Of a DNA stretch of 64,000 nucleotides, positions 63,076-64,000 are shown piece after piece. Every line of letters starts with the position of its first letter. The stretch's first letter is position 1. The stretch is from a virus. The stretch lies in IMG/VR virus record IMGVR_UViG_3300014202_001529; one strand, 5' to 3'. The position numbers and the translations under genes are program-made. The notes below the pieces were generated by a model that was given only the letters and a program-made list of their open reading frames with translations, was not told where the DNA came from and searched no databases.

Positions 63076-64000
63076 AGATGTATTTTAAGTTTTTTAATAT
63101 TTATGCAAATTCCATTGCCGTTTCCAATGCCTCAATCGCACTCGCCAAAGAAGCCTTATCGTCCCCTTCAGCAAATTCCATTGCCAGTTGCAGCGAACTG
63201 ATTGCGGCCTGCAAATCGTTGTCTGCTGCTTCCTCTTCTTCCTCTTTCGCCTGTGCTTTTTTGATTTGTGAGAACGGGACTGGTTCCCAATTAAAATCCA
63301 GCTCTACACCGTTGCCCATTCGCCCGCGAGCGGCGTTTATTTCCTTCATCGAAAGATAACCCCATTCCGCGTTCTGGTCGTCACCTCCCAGGATGGCAAA
63401 GCCAAACAGTTTGTCTTTTCCGTCCCATTCCGCGATGTACCAATCCGAATTGTCAATAAAAAAGTGCGCGTAGATGATTTTTTCCGCTGCCGGCACGCTT
63501 TCCGTAGCGTACAGTGCTGGAATGGATTCTACCTGCACTTTGAGTGGCGCCAGTACGTTGTCTGCATAGCCTGGTTCTGCATTTTCCAGAATGATTCTGG
63601 AAACAACCCGCTGTTGTATTTTGGGCATGAACCGGGAAAGCTTTTCCCCAAAGGTGAACGGCTCCGCGATTTGCGCCTGAACCTTTGTGTCTACTTCCAC
63701 CACTTCGCCGGATTTGATTTCCGTCACCCGCCCGTAGATGTCGCAGGTGTGGATGCCGTCCAGACAGTCGAGCAAGTAGTTGAGTCTTGAGAACTCCGTG
63801 ACGCGCTGTGAAACGTTTCGGCTGCTCGCTCTTTCTTTTTCTTTTTCAGCCTCAACAATTGCCAGGCGACGCTGAAATTCTTCGGGAGATAATAAGATAG
63901 AAACGTCATCTGACAGTTTATTTAGCCGGATTTGGTATTCTTCCTTAACATGCGTAAAATCATCAAAAACGGTGAGTTTGTGTCGAGACAGGATACGTTC
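62776..64000. repeat. Copy 2 of the 1225-bp overlap (window wraps the circle)
   Basis: Matches 1-1225 and ends at ...ggatacgttc as base 1225 does. Confidence 0.97.

Noticed and set aside
63101-63775. Separate 224-aa DUF2958 gene
   Set aside because: It is the duplicated C-terminus of the helicase at 326-5101.
62776-64000. Biological direct terminal repeat of 1225 bp
   Set aside because: It cuts through the middle of two genes and its length equals 64000 minus 62775, so it is best explained by the window wrapping a circular sequence.

Overview
The window is one complete 62,775-bp circle: bases 62776-64000 repeat bases 1-1225 exactly, so the window wraps the circle. It is a temperate virus-like element of a Bacteroidota host, judged from TAnnTTTG promoter boxes, Ala-Gln signal-peptide cleavage sites and an IntDOT-type integrase. 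It encodes an integrase with a tRNA-like attP core, XRE repressors, an excisionase, a putative replication initiator, DnaB, three DNA methyltransferases, two PAPS-reductase-family proteins and lysis-type genes (GH108, M15 peptidase, holin-like proteins, a u-spanin-like lipoprotein). I recognise no terminase, portal, HK97 capsid, tape measure or sheath gene, and no relaxase or T4SS. Instead, a ~23 kb leftward block encodes a small FtsK/HerA (A32-like) packaging-type ATPase, a beta-rich jelly-roll-like capsid candidate, about 20 small membrane proteins (five missing from the ORF track), a subtilisin and fibre-like proteins that unexpectedly carry Sec signal peptides. My best reading is a large tailless, lipid-containing virus (Varidnaviria/Singelaviria-like), with a split DarB-like methylase/helicase beside the virion genes. 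Non-coding signals read directly from the sequence: ten copies of a palindromic operator (TTGCG-N5-CGCAA), eight of them 7-9 bp from a -7 promoter box; two ~131-bp attC-like hairpins that delimit integron-like gene cassettes; and a candidate ~60-nt antisense RNA over the replication-gene start. All family calls come from motif recognition by eye; no searches were run.
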